From Acidobacteriota bacterium (GTDB lineage: Bacteria; Acidobacteriota; Vicinamibacteria; Vicinamibacterales; 2-12-FULL-66-21), in assembly GCA_046735335.1 (NCBI GenBank), contig JBKPTE010000018.1, forward strand, positions 4,000-67,999: a DNA stretch of 64,000 bases, read 5' to 3'. The notes below the pieces were generated by a model. It worked only from the letters and a program-made list of their open reading frames with translations. It made no database searches and had not been told where the DNA came from. Below are positions 37,047 to 46,868 of the stretch, piece after piece. The number at the start of each line of letters is the position of its first letter. Within the stretch, counting starts at the first letter, position 1. The position numbers were made by a program, and so were the translations under genes.

Positions 37047-38843
37047 GTGCCGCGGGTCCCCGGATCCTTCCGTCTCCATTTGCGATGCTGGTGGTGTGCG
37101 GGGATCGCGTTCACGCTCGCTGCGCTCACCGGTTCTGCCTTCGCTCAGCGCGCTGCGCCGTCGTCCACCAGCGCGGCCGCGGATACCGTTCCCACCATCG
37201 TCCACGTCGACGTTGCCGTCACGGACGCGCGCGGAAAGCCGATCGCAGGCCTCGCGACGAAGGACTTCGTCCTGAAGGACGAAGGGATCGTGCAGACGAT
37301 CGATTCCGCAGACGCGCGGAAACGGCTGCCGCGCCGGCTCGCGCTGCTGCTCGACGAGTTCCACGTCGGCGAGCAGCGCGCGGCGCGCGTCCGCGACGCG
37401 CTCGCGACGTTCGTGGACGAGCATCTCGGTCCAGACGACATGGTCGTCGTCCTCAAGCCGCTCGACTCGCTGCGGACCATCACGCTCACGAGCGACCGCG
37501 AGGAGATCCACGCCGCGATCGCGACCTTCGAGGGACGCGCGGGCAACTACACGCCCCGCACCCCGCTCGAAGAGCAGACGGTCGGCCGCGCGCCGGCCCT
37601 CGCTGAGCGCGCGCGGGCGCAGATCGTCCTCTCCGCGATCCGCGCGCTCGCCCCGCGCGTCGGCACCGCCGCCGGACGACCCGCGATCATCCTCGTGAGC
37701 GAAGGATTCGCCGAGCGCGAGCGCGCGTACGCGGTCCGCGCGCTGCCGGACGCGGGCATGGTCGAACGGTTTGCGAACCGCTACGACGTCCCGATCTACG
37801 CGCTCGATCCGCGCGACGCGGCATCGGACGCGCCGGACGAAGAGGCAGGCACGATGCTGAGGAGGCTCGCGCGGCAGACCGGCGGGCTCGTGTTCGAAGG
37901 GAGCGATCTCGAGCCTTCATTGGCGCAGATCGCGCGCGAGCTCGACGCCGGCTACACGCTCTCCTACCGGCCGTCCCAGGGACCTGACGGCAAGTTCCAC
38001 ACGATAGACGTGCAGGTGCGCCGGCGCGACGCGCTCGTGAGGGCGCGCAGCGGCTACGTCTCGCCGCCGTCGGCGGAGATGCGGCGGGCGATGCGTGCGG
38101 CGGCGACGGTCGACACGGCCCTGCCGCGTCCGCTGCGTCAGAGCCCGTTGATCAATGTGTGGTCAGGCGTCACGCGGGCGTCCGACAACCGCGGCCGCGT
38201 GGTCGTGACGTGGGAGCCTGGGCGCAGCCTCGGCGGGACGATGAAGTCGAGCGCGGTGACCGTCGCGCTGAAGGCCACCACGAAGGACGGAGCGCCGCTG
38301 TTCGAAGGCGTGCTCGCTCCCGTGCGCGGCGCGCTCGCGAGCGCCGGCATCCCTGCGGACCGCGCGGAATTCGATGCGCCGGCCGGGCGCGTGCAGCTCG
38401 ATATGACGATTCTCGGCGAGCGCGGCGAACAGCTCGACATGGACGCGCGCGATCTCGACGTTCCGCCGACTGGCGGCGCGCGCACGCTGCTGCTCCCGCC
38501 CGTGCTCCTCGCGACGCGCTCCGCGCGCGAGTTCCGCGAGGTGAGCGCGGACGAAAACGCCGTCCCTGGTCCGTCGCGCGAATTCAGCCGCACGGAACGG
38601 CTCGTCGTGCGCGTGCCCGCATTGGCCCCGGGATCCTCGACGCCGCGCGTCACCGCGCGGCTGCTGAATCGCAGCGGTCAGGTCGTCCGCGACCTCGCGC
38701 CGCTCGACGAGACGCGCGGCGGCGTCGTGCAGTTCGATCTGCCGCTCGCGCCGCTCGCGCCGGGCGATTACTTCCTCCTCGTCACGGCGATCGCGGACGC
38801 CGGCGCTGCCGAAGAGCGCGTGAGCCTGCGGATCACGGGGTAG
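37047..38843 (+). CDS. VWA-related acidobacterial secreted protein (start uncertain)
   Basis: VDVAVTDARGKPIAGLATKDF, LLLDEFH, LVSEG, LARQTGG, YTLSY, DGKFHTIDV..VRARSGY. Confidence 0.82.
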   Translation: MPRVPGSFRLHLRCWWCAGIAFTLAALTGSAFAQRAAPSSTSAAADTVPTIVHVDVAVTDARGKPIAGLATKDFVLKDEGIVQTIDSADARKRLPRRLALLLDEFHVGEQRAARVRDALATFVDEHLGPDDMVVVLKPLDSLRTITLTSDREEIHAAIATFEGRAGNYTPRTPLEEQTVGRAPALAERARAQIVLSAIRALAPRVGTAAGRPAIILVSEGFAERERAYAVRALPDAGMVERFANRYDVPIYALDPRDAASDAPDEEAGTMLRRLARQTGGLVFEGSDLEPSLAQIARELDAGYTLSYRPSQGPDGKFHTIDVQVRRRDALVRARSGYVSPPSAEMRRAMRAAATVDTALPRPLRQSPLINVWSGVTRASDNRGRVVVTWEPGRSLGGTMKSSAVTVALKATTKDGAPLFEGVLAPVRGALASAGIPADRAEFDAPAGRVQLDMTILGERGEQLDMDARDLDVPPTGGARTLLLPPVLLATRSAREFREVSADENAVPGPSREFSRTERLVVRVPALAPGSSTPRVTARLLNRSGQVVRDLAPLDETRGGVVQFDLPLAPLAPGDYFLLVTAIADAGAAEERVSLRITG

Positions 38844-38935
38844 CAACAGAGCTTCTCCGGATCCCGTCCATTGAATGGATGGACTTCACGAATTTGAATC
38901 CGCCGCCCGGCGTCCATCACGCCCGCGACGGCATT

Positions 38936-39061
38936 CGTCACTGACGCCGTCACTCGTCAAGCCGAAACGATCCTCGTCACTCTGACGCCGCCGTTCGACC
39001 CGCACGGCGGTCGCCCCTCGAAATCCGCGACTCGTCACAGATCGCGGGCGCGCCGATTGCT
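38936..39061 (+). promoter_or_regulatory. sigma54-like promoter with upstream CGTCA palindromes
   Basis: GG-CGCGCCGATT-GC at 39047-39060; CGTCA-C-TGACG 38936-38946 and CGTCA-CTC-TGACG 38975-38987. Confidence 0.5.
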
Positions 39062-39117
39062 CAGCGCGCCGCAACGCCCTGATGTGTCGACGGAGGCGTT
39101 TCAGACAGGAGCATCCC

Positions 39118-42090
39118 ATGACGAGGCATTCGAGACCGCTGGCGTTCGCGCTCGCGGCCGTCTTCTGCGTGAGCATCGTGCCGGCGGCGCTCGCACAGCA
39201 GACTGCCGGCAACGTCGGCGGGCGGATCGTGGACCAGCAGAACTCCGCAGTCCCCGGCGCAACCGTCAATGCCACCAACACGCAGACCGGGTTCACGCGA
39301 TCGGCCGTCTCCGACGCCGAAGGGCTCTATCGCCTCTCGGCGCTTCCCGTCGGCACGTACGATCTGGATATCGTGCTCCAGGGGTTCACGACGATGCAGC
39401 GCAAGGGGATCATCGTGAACGTGGGACAGACGATCGACGTCGACTTCACGCTCCAGGTGGCGCAGGTCGCCGAGAGCGTGAACGTGACGGGCGCGTCGCC
39501 GCTCGTCGAAGTCTCCTCGTCGTCGGTCGGCGGCGTCGTCGACGTGCAGAACATCGAGAGCCTGCCGCTGAACGGACGCCAGTTCGCGAACCTTGCGATG
39601 ACCATCCCCGGTGTGGGCCTCGGGTTCCACAGCGACCCGACGAAGAGCACGCAGTTCTCGCCGCAAATCGCCGGCGGCAACGGCCGCAACGTCAATTACC
39701 AGATCGACGGCGGCGACAACAACGACGACACCGTCGGCGGACTGCTGCAGCTGTTCCCGCTCGAAGCCATCCAGGAGTTCAACTTCCAGACGGCCCGCTA
39801 CAAGGCCGAATACGGCCGCAGCAACGGCGGCGTGATGAACATCGTCACGAAGAGCGGCACGAACCAGTATCAGGGGAGCTGGTTCTCGCTCTTTCGCGAC
39901 AAGTCGATGAACGCGCGCACCGAGACGGAGAAGATCACCGACGTGCCCAAGCAGGACTACCGCCGCTGGCAGTACGGCGGATCGTTCGGCGGCCCCATCG
40001 TCCGCAACCGCGCGCACTTCTTTGCCGCCGCCGAACGGACGCAGCTCGATACGAGCCAGTCGGTCGACACGTTCGGGCTGTTTCCGGATCAGGATGGGGT
40101 CTTCACGACGCCTATTCGCGAAAATCTCCTGACCGCGAAGGGAACGGCGAACGTCGGCGCTTCGCAGTACCTGACGGTGCGCTACGGGCGAAACACGAAT
40201 TCGCAGCCGTACGGCGCGGGACCGCAGGCGCTCGTCAACAACTGGGGCGTGAGCGCGAACACCTTCAACTCCATCAACGTGAACCACAACTGGGTGCTCG
40301 GTGGGACGCGGCTGAACGAGGTCGTCTTTCAATACGCGGACTTCGCGAACGCGATCACGGCGAACAGCCTCGATCAATACCAGGTGTTCCCCAACGGCGT
40401 GACGATCGGGCAGAACCCGAACACGCCGCAGCAGACGCAGCAGCGGAAATGGCAGTTCCGCGACGACTTCTCGTGGCACGCGGCGGGAATGGGCGGCCTC
40501 GGGCACGACTTCAAGGCCGGCGTCAACTTCGTGAACGAGCCACGGCTCTTCATCACGTTCAATACCGGAACGGGCGGGTACGCGTATCAGCACCTCGACA
40601 ACACGCTGAACGGGCCGATCTCGCAGGTGACGCTGCAGGGCGGGTCCGCCGAAACGAACATCCCGACGAAACAGTTCGCGACCTACATGCAGGACGATTG
40701 GCGGGTGTCGCCGAAGCTGACGCTCAATCTCGGGCTCCGCTACGACCTGAACACGGGGTTTGCGATCGACCAGAGCCTCGACCCAAACTACGCCATGCTC
40801 GCCGACGCGGGAAGCCGCGGCCTGCTCGTCGGGCTGCCCGGTTTCGAAGACTTCGGGAAGAGCCCGAAGGAGGACTACGACAACATCCAGCCGCGCGTCG
40901 GGCTTGCGTACGATTTGCACGGCGACGGACGAGACGTGCTGCGTATTGGCTACGGACGCTACTTCGACTTCGGCTACACGAACTCGAACATCCTGTTCGC
41001 GGCGATCAACGCGACCGGCATCGGCGCCGGCACGGTGTTCGAGGTGAACAACGCCAGCGGCATCAGGAATCCGGACGGCAGCTTCTTCAGGGTCGACGAT
41101 CCAATCGGGAACATCGAGGCGCTGAACGAAGCAGGCGGCGCGCTGCCGCTGAACCGCCACGTCGCCTCGCCTCGCATCAAGCAGCCGTACACCGATCAGA
41201 TCTCGGCCGGCTGGTCGCACCAGTTCGACCTCGCGACAGTCCTCGACGTCGACTACGTGCACGCCGAAGGGCGGGAGATCGGCTGGCGTCCGCGCCTCAA
41301 CGCGCGGCATCCCGCCGAGGCGCTCCGTCCGCTCGCGCAGCTCGGAATCGTCCCGAGCCCCGAGGACATCGCGATTGCGATCAGCCGCGGCCGGAGCCGT
41401 CACGACGGCCTGAACGTCGGGCTGCGCCGCCGCATGAACCGCGGTCTTCAGCTCTCGGCGTGGTACTCGATCTCACGGTCGCTGAGCACGACCGGGAACA
41501 GCGGCGACGAGCTCGATGTGATCAACATCCAAAACTCGGCCGATCCGTTCAACGACGTCCAGTTCGGTCCCTCACGCCGCTCCGACGCGCGCCACCGCGT
41601 CACGATCAGCGCGATCGCGAACCTGCCGGGCGGCCTGCAGGTGTCGCCTATCTGGCGCTATCACTCCGGGTTCCCCGTCAACATCATCGAGGGCGTCGAT
41701 CTGAACAACGACGGGGTGAACGACGATATCCCCGCCCGCGCGTATGCGTTCGACGGAATCGGCACGGCGCCGAAGGACATCGGCGAGTGCAAGACGATCA
41801 ACTGCGGTCGCGGCGCCTCGTTTTCGCAGCTGAACCTTCGCGTGACGAAGGCGATCCCGCTCGTCGGACACCTCCGCGCCGAAGCCATCGGCGAGGTGTT
41901 CAATCTCTTCAACGCGAAGAACCCGTCCGGCTTCGGTCCGACGACGCAGTTCCGCGACCCGCGGCTGCTCATCAACGCGGACAACACGACGTCGCCCAAT
42001 CCGAACTTCCTGCAACCGTCGACGTACGCCGGCGATTTCCAGGAACCCGAGCAGCGCGTCGGGCAGATTGGATTCAGGATTACGTTCTAG
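39118..42090 (+). CDS. Oar-like TonB-dependent receptor with carboxypeptidase-regulatory-like N-domain
   Basis: VPGATV, LPLNGRQF, AEYGRSNGG, KSGTN, QDDWRV..LTLNLGLRYD, C-terminal RITF. Confidence 0.92.
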   Translation: MTRHSRPLAFALAAVFCVSIVPAALAQQTAGNVGGRIVDQQNSAVPGATVNATNTQTGFTRSAVSDAEGLYRLSALPVGTYDLDIVLQGFTTMQRKGIIVNVGQTIDVDFTLQVAQVAESVNVTGASPLVEVSSSSVGGVVDVQNIESLPLNGRQFANLAMTIPGVGLGFHSDPTKSTQFSPQIAGGNGRNVNYQIDGGDNNDDTVGGLLQLFPLEAIQEFNFQTARYKAEYGRSNGGVMNIVTKSGTNQYQGSWFSLFRDKSMNARTETEKITDVPKQDYRRWQYGGSFGGPIVRNRAHFFAAAERTQLDTSQSVDTFGLFPDQDGVFTTPIRENLLTAKGTANVGASQYLTVRYGRNTNSQPYGAGPQALVNNWGVSANTFNSINVNHNWVLGGTRLNEVVFQYADFANAITANSLDQYQVFPNGVTIGQNPNTPQQTQQRKWQFRDDFSWHAAGMGGLGHDFKAGVNFVNEPRLFITFNTGTGGYAYQHLDNTLNGPISQVTLQGGSAETNIPTKQFATYMQDDWRVSPKLTLNLGLRYDLNTGFAIDQSLDPNYAMLADAGSRGLLVGLPGFEDFGKSPKEDYDNIQPRVGLAYDLHGDGRDVLRIGYGRYFDFGYTNSNILFAAINATGIGAGTVFEVNNASGIRNPDGSFFRVDDPIGNIEALNEAGGALPLNRHVASPRIKQPYTDQISAGWSHQFDLATVLDVDYVHAEGREIGWRPRLNARHPAEALRPLAQLGIVPSPEDIAIAISRGRSRHDGLNVGLRRRMNRGLQLSAWYSISRSLSTTGNSGDELDVINIQNSADPFNDVQFGPSRRSDARHRVTISAIANLPGGLQVSPIWRYHSGFPVNIIEGVDLNNDGVNDDIPARAYAFDGIGTAPKDIGECKTINCGRGASFSQLNLRVTKAIPLVGHLRAEAIGEVFNLFNAKNPSGFGPTTQFRDPRLLINADNTTSPNPNFLQPSTYAGDFQEPEQRVGQIGFRITF

Positions 42091-42096
42091 GGGAGC

Positions 42097-42176
42097 GCGG
42101 CCCTTTCAGGGCCGCCTTCCACGGCGGCGCACTATTGTAGGCGTCCCGCGCTCGCGCACCTAAAGATGCGCGCTAC
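42097..42176. repeat. pair of REP palindromes between convergent genes
   Basis: GCGGCCCT-TTC-AGGGCCGC at 42097-42115; minus-strand GTAGCGCGCATCTTTAGGTGCGCG at 42153-42176. Confidence 0.75.
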
Positions 42177-42230
42177 GAGTGAGATGCGGGCTACGAGTGA
42201 CTGTCCGCGTCGTCCGCGTTCGTCTGCGGC

Positions 42231-43553
42231 CTAGAACGCCCACTCTGCGCCGATGAGGGGACTCAACCTGTCCGTCAGGCCGTTGCTGCTCGCCGCGAAC
42301 GCCAGGTTGAAGTTGATCAGCAGCCGCGACGCCAGGTTCGCCTTGATGCCGACGGCGCCGTGCGTCGTCCAGTACGACGCCGTGTCGAAGCGCACGTCGG
42401 GGAGCGTTTCCCGCCCCGCCGGCCCCGTCGCGAGAAACTCGTACGTCGACAGCCGCGGCGAGTTGAGGATCCGCTGCCCGAGCACGTCGAAGACGAGGCT
42501 CAACCGCGGATTCAGCGAGATGTCCGTTCCAGCGGCGTACCCGATCTGATCGGGCAAATCGCCCTTCACGCGCGAGCGGACGTCGCCGGCGAGCAGGCTC
42601 CGGCCGTTCCACTGGTATGCGACGTTCAGGTGCGGCGCGACGCTCCCGAAGGCCCCCGAGATCGCAACGAACGGCCGCAGGCCCGGTGCGCCTGCGCCCA
42701 GGAGGTTCTCCTCGTCACCCGTCGCCACGCGGACGTCGAGGCCCGCGGCAAGCGACCGCGTTCCTTCCTTCATCATCGTCCCCTTGACGCGCACCAGGAG
42801 ATCGCCGACCCCCGTCGCGGTCCCCGACGAGAAGAACTGCCGGGAGCTGCCGCGCCCGTCGAGCGCGTTCTCGTCGTGAAAGTAATGGACGGCCGTGTTC
42901 CCGCCCGTGCCGAGGCGTTCGATGGTCGCATTGGACAGCAACGACAGCTGGGTGCGGACGAGCGGCAGTGCGAGCGAGACATCGAGGCGGTCCGTGATCC
43001 CGTACGTCAGCGCGCTCGTCATCTGGCCGACGCTCGACGTGATCGTGTTCATCGTCGAAATCACGTCAGAACGGCCGCCGGTCGTCTGGTAGGCGTCGTG
43101 GCGGAAGATCGCGGGGATCGCGGAGAGCGACACGCCGTCGAGATGATCGAAGGAGAAGTACTGATAGTTCATGCCGAAGGCGATCCGGCCCCGGCCGATG
43201 GTCTCGCCGCGATCGGCGAGGATCGGTCCGAAGCTCCGCGTCGACCGGATGAACGTGCCCGTGCCGGCGTCGAATTGATAGATGAAGCCCGACGCGGGCG
43301 ACGGCACGGGGAGCGACGTCAACTGGCTGGTCAGCGCGATGTTCACCAGGCGGAAGTCCGACTGGAACGCGCTGTTGACGTGTGCCCCGTGCGTGCTGCC
43401 GTCGAGGAGGACCTCGTCGCTGCTGACGACCAGTCCGTTGGGACCGAACACCTCTTCGAAGAGCGTGGCGAGCGTTGCGGGCCGCGTCTGCGCGACGGCC
43501 AATCCCGGAACGAGAACCCACAGGGTGCAGAGCACCACGACCGTTCTACGCAT
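42231..43553 (-). CDS. putative outer-membrane beta-barrel / transporter-like protein
   Basis: signal peptide, amphipathic strands, YGITDRLDV, GVGDLLVRVK, C-terminal EWAF. Confidence 0.7.
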   Translation of the reverse strand: MRRTVVVLCTLWVLVPGLAVAQTRPATLATLFEEVFGPNGLVVSSDEVLLDGSTHGAHVNSAFQSDFRLVNIALTSQLTSLPVPSPASGFIYQFDAGTGTFIRSTRSFGPILADRGETIGRGRIAFGMNYQYFSFDHLDGVSLSAIPAIFRHDAYQTTGGRSDVISTMNTITSSVGQMTSALTYGITDRLDVSLALPLVRTQLSLLSNATIERLGTGGNTAVHYFHDENALDGRGSSRQFFSSGTATGVGDLLVRVKGTMMKEGTRSLAAGLDVRVATGDEENLLGAGAPGLRPFVAISGAFGSVAPHLNVAYQWNGRSLLAGDVRSRVKGDLPDQIGYAAGTDISLNPRLSLVFDVLGQRILNSPRLSTYEFLATGPAGRETLPDVRFDTASYWTTHGAVGIKANLASRLLINFNLAFAASSNGLTDRLSPLIGAEWAF

Positions 43554-43577
43554 CGGCGAATCCTTTCGTTGCCACTC

Positions 43578-45986
43578 TCAGCGAAGCGGAGTGAAGCGAA
43601 TACGTTCGATGACCCAATTGTTCCCGTTCCGGCGCAGCTCCATGACGCACTGCGATTCGCTGTGGAGCCGCTGCCCTTCCACCGTCAGGATGTTGTAGCG
43701 CCTGAGGAACGTCGCGGTCGCGGTCGCGCCAGACACCTGGACGTGCGGATCGGCGATCTCGACGGAAATCTGGCTGGCGTGCCTGAATTCGTCGCGGATC
43801 CTCTCCTGCGGCGGACCGCCGAGCGACGGCCAGAGGCGCTTCAGATCTTCGAGGCTCCGCGCCTCGAGCGCGCCCTTGTAGCGCTCGAGCACGTCGTTCA
43901 CCCGCTCTTCGGCGCTCGGCGAGCGGCTCGGCAGGTCCGGTGTGGTCGTAGGTACCGGAGCGCTCCTGATGGGGGGCTGCGCGGATGGCACGCCCCCGGG
44001 CTGTTGTTGACCCGCAGAGGGCGGCGGAGGTGTGGGCGCCGGCGGCTGCTGTTGGACCGGCGGCGCCTGCGGCGGCTGCGCTTGCGCCGGCGGATTCTGC
44101 TGGGGCGCGGGCTGCTGTTGCTGCGGGGCAGGCGGCTCCGGCTTCTCAGGCTCGGGCACCGGCGCCGTCTCACGCTCGCGTTGGGCGGGCGCCGGCGCTG
44201 GAGCGGCAGGGGTCGTCGGCTGCTGGGCGGCGCGCTGCGATGCGGCGGCTGATTCGCTCCGGGCGGTCGTTTCGGCGCTGCGATAGAGGCCGCTTGCTTC
44301 GTAGAACCGCGTGGCTGCTTCGGCCAGGCGGCCCGACTTGTACAACCGCTGCGCCTCCTGCTCCGTCCGCAGCGCCGCACGATATGCCGCCGGCGCGAGC
44401 GCCTGTGCCCTCGCGCCCTGCGCGGCGCTCCGAGCCTCCGTCATGTGCTGGCGCGCTTCGTCCGCACCGCGGCCACGTATGCGGGCGCCGGCCTGATCCA
44501 TGATCCGCCGCGCGTCGGCGTTCTCCGGCGCAATCGCGAGCACGTCGCCCGCCGCCCTCGACGCTGCGGCGAAATCGCCCGCGTCGAACGCATCGCGTGC
44601 GTGCTGGAGCGACGCCTCGATGTTGCGATCGCGGGCGGTGTCCCGAATCCGGCGCGCTTCCGCGTGCTGCGGCTGCTGCTTCAGCACCATCTCGGCGTAC
44701 CGCTGGGCGGCGGGATAGTCGCTTGCCTGGAGCGCCCGCTCCGCCTGCTGCACCAGATCCGCCATCGGATCGGCCGGGGCTGCGACCGAGGCGGAAGCGG
44801 GTGCCGGCGTGGCTGGCGTTGACGATCGATGGCGTGCAATCCAGATGGCGCTTCCAATCGCCGCAATCGCCACGACGATCAGCAGCGGCACGAGCACGCG
44901 ACGGGTGCCGTCACCCCCTGTCCACACCGCCGTGCCGCTCCCCGGAACGGCGGACCCGCTCACCGGCGCCTGACCCGACCCCGCGGCGACGTGCCCGGAA
45001 CCGGATCCCGGCGGCAGCGCCTGGCCTGACCCCGGCGTCGCGGTGCGGCCCGGATCGGTCGACGGGCGGATGGGCACGCCGCCGGATCCAAGTCCGCCGG
45101 ATGGCGGCCGCGTGGCCGGCAGATCGCTGACCGTCGTGGATCCGGAGGGCGGACGCGACGGGCCGCCCAGTTCCAGGACGTACTGGTGCCGGTACGCGGC
45201 GAGATCCGCCTTCAGCTCGCTCATCGTCTGGTAGCGTTCGTCCTTCGGCTTGGCGAGGGCGCGCTCGACGATCGCGATCAGCTCGCGCGGCAGGGTGGCG
45301 TCGATTTTCCAGAGCGGCTCGGGAAATTCCTGAAGAATCTTGTAGAGCGTCGACGCGAACGAATCCCCTTCGAACGCCTTGCGCCCGCTCAGCAGCTCGT
45401 AGAGGACCACCCCGACGGAGAACACGTCCGACCGCTGATCGGCACGCTCGCCGCGCACCTGTTCGGGCGCCATGTAGTTCACGGTGCCCATGAGCATGTT
45501 GGTGTTGGTGAGCTGCGACGACATCAGCCGCGCGAGGCCGAAGTCCAGAATCTTCACCGTGCCGCGGTCGGTGATGAAGATGTTCGCCGGCTTGACGTCG
45601 CGATGGACGACGCCGCGGGCGTGCGCGAACTCGAGCCCTTCGCAAATCTCGATGGCGAGATCGAGCTTCCGCCCGAGGCCCATCTTCTCCGGGCGGTGGA
45701 GGCGGTGCTGCAGGTCTTCCCCTTCGAGGAACTCCATCGCGAGGTACGGCTGGCCGTCGACCTCGCCCAGATCGTGAATGGTGATGATGTTCTTGTGCGA
45801 GAGCTGGCCCGCGGCCCGCGCTTCGCGGAAGAACCGTTCGCGCGCTTCGGGCGTCAGGTCCGCGGGGCTCGAGATGACCTTGATCGCGACCACGCGTTCG
45901 ATGAGCGTGTCGAATGCGCGATACACGATCCCCATGCCGCCCTGCCCGAGCTTTTCCTGGAGCTGATAGCGGCCGATGGTCTGCAT
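43578..45986 (-). CDS. membrane-anchored Hanks-type Ser/Thr protein kinase
   Basis: LGQGGMG, VAIK, HRDVKPAN, DFG, YMAPE; TM; TPR-like and Pro/Gln-rich external region. Confidence 0.95.
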   Translation of the reverse strand: MQTIGRYQLQEKLGQGGMGIVYRAFDTLIERVVAIKVISSPADLTPEARERFFREARAAGQLSHKNIITIHDLGEVDGQPYLAMEFLEGEDLQHRLHRPEKMGLGRKLDLAIEICEGLEFAHARGVVHRDVKPANIFITDRGTVKILDFGLARLMSSQLTNTNMLMGTVNYMAPEQVRGERADQRSDVFSVGVVLYELLSGRKAFEGDSFASTLYKILQEFPEPLWKIDATLPRELIAIVERALAKPKDERYQTMSELKADLAAYRHQYVLELGGPSRPPSGSTTVSDLPATRPPSGGLGSGGVPIRPSTDPGRTATPGSGQALPPGSGSGHVAAGSGQAPVSGSAVPGSGTAVWTGGDGTRRVLVPLLIVVAIAAIGSAIWIARHRSSTPATPAPASASVAAPADPMADLVQQAERALQASDYPAAQRYAEMVLKQQPQHAEARRIRDTARDRNIEASLQHARDAFDAGDFAAASRAAGDVLAIAPENADARRIMDQAGARIRGRGADEARQHMTEARSAAQGARAQALAPAAYRAALRTEQEAQRLYKSGRLAEAATRFYEASGLYRSAETTARSESAAASQRAAQQPTTPAAPAPAPAQRERETAPVPEPEKPEPPAPQQQQPAPQQNPPAQAQPPQAPPVQQQPPAPTPPPPSAGQQQPGGVPSAQPPIRSAPVPTTTPDLPSRSPSAEERVNDVLERYKGALEARSLEDLKRLWPSLGGPPQERIRDEFRHASQISVEIADPHVQVSGATATATFLRRYNILTVEGQRLHSESQCVMELRRNGNNWVIERIRFTPLR

Positions 45987-46091
45987 GTCGACAGTCAGGT
46001 TTCGAACTGGAGACGCCCGGACGGAACCGCGATGATAGCAGTCTCTGGAAGGGGGTCACAACCGGGGCGCGCTATGATGATTCAGGCGCGA

Positions 46092-46766
46092 ATGCGGCGG
46101 ATTGCCTTGTGTGCGGCGCTTGCGGTGGCAGCCGGCTCGATCGGCACGGGAGCCGAGGAGACGTATCGGCCCGCCCGCCTGGCGGACGGGAGGCCGCCGG
46201 CCTCTCCCGCGATCACGATTGCGGGCGGCGGGGAGGTCCTCCTCGAACTGAGCGTCGATCCGCAGGGCCGCGTGTCGCACATCGACCGCCTGCGGACAAC
46301 GCCGCCGTACACCGACATGGTGGCGGAAGCGGCGGAGACCTGGCGATTCACGCCCGCCGGGGCCTTTTCGGACCGCAACGGCCGTCGGCTCGTGGACGCT
46401 CGCGTGCTCGTCGCCGCGGTGTATCGGGCGCCGGCCCTCTACAACGGACGCACCGTCGGCGAGTTGCCGAAGGACGTCGCGAAGCCCTCCATATCCGTCC
46501 CGGTTCCGGAGGAACTGCTCCCGCCCTCCTATCCGCCAAACGGATCCGGAGACGCCATCGTGCTGCTCGAAGCGGAAATCGGGGCCGACGGAACGATCAA
46601 GGACGTGCGCGTCGTCCACTCGGGCGGCGGGTTCGATGCGGCGGCGCTCCAGGCGGTGCAACGCTGGACGTTCCGGCCGGCGCGATCGCTCGACGAAGGG
46701 CCGCTCCCATCGTTCGCCTACGTCATCGTCGGCTTCCGGCAGCCGATCCAGCCGGGGATCAGGTAG
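46092..46766 (+). CDS. protein with two TonB C-terminal-like domains
   Basis: GEVLLELSVDPQGRV...WRFTPA and IVLLEAEIGADGTI...WTFRPA. Confidence 0.78.
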   Translation: MRRIALCAALAVAAGSIGTGAEETYRPARLADGRPPASPAITIAGGGEVLLELSVDPQGRVSHIDRLRTTPPYTDMVAEAAETWRFTPAGAFSDRNGRRLVDARVLVAAVYRAPALYNGRTVGELPKDVAKPSISVPVPEELLPPSYPPNGSGDAIVLLEAEIGADGTIKDVRVVHSGGGFDAAALQAVQRWTFRPARSLDEGPLPSFAYVIVGFRQPIQPGIR

Positions 46767-46868
46767 GCGGGCCTAAGAGGCCCGCCCTACGATTGTGCAG
46801 ATGTAAGGCAGGCCTAAGAGGCCCGCCCTACGATTGTGCAGATGTAGGGCGGGCCTCTTAGGCCCGCC
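46766..46868. repeat. REP cluster (two direct + one inverted copy)
   Basis: GGC(G/A)GGCCTAAGAGGCCCGCCCTAC at 46766 and 46807, inverted GTAG copy 46844-46868, repeated spacer GATTGTGCAGATGTA. Confidence 0.9.

Noticed and set aside
46766..46868. Mini-CRISPR
   Set aside because: Spacers are identical and the third copy is inverted; fits a REP cluster
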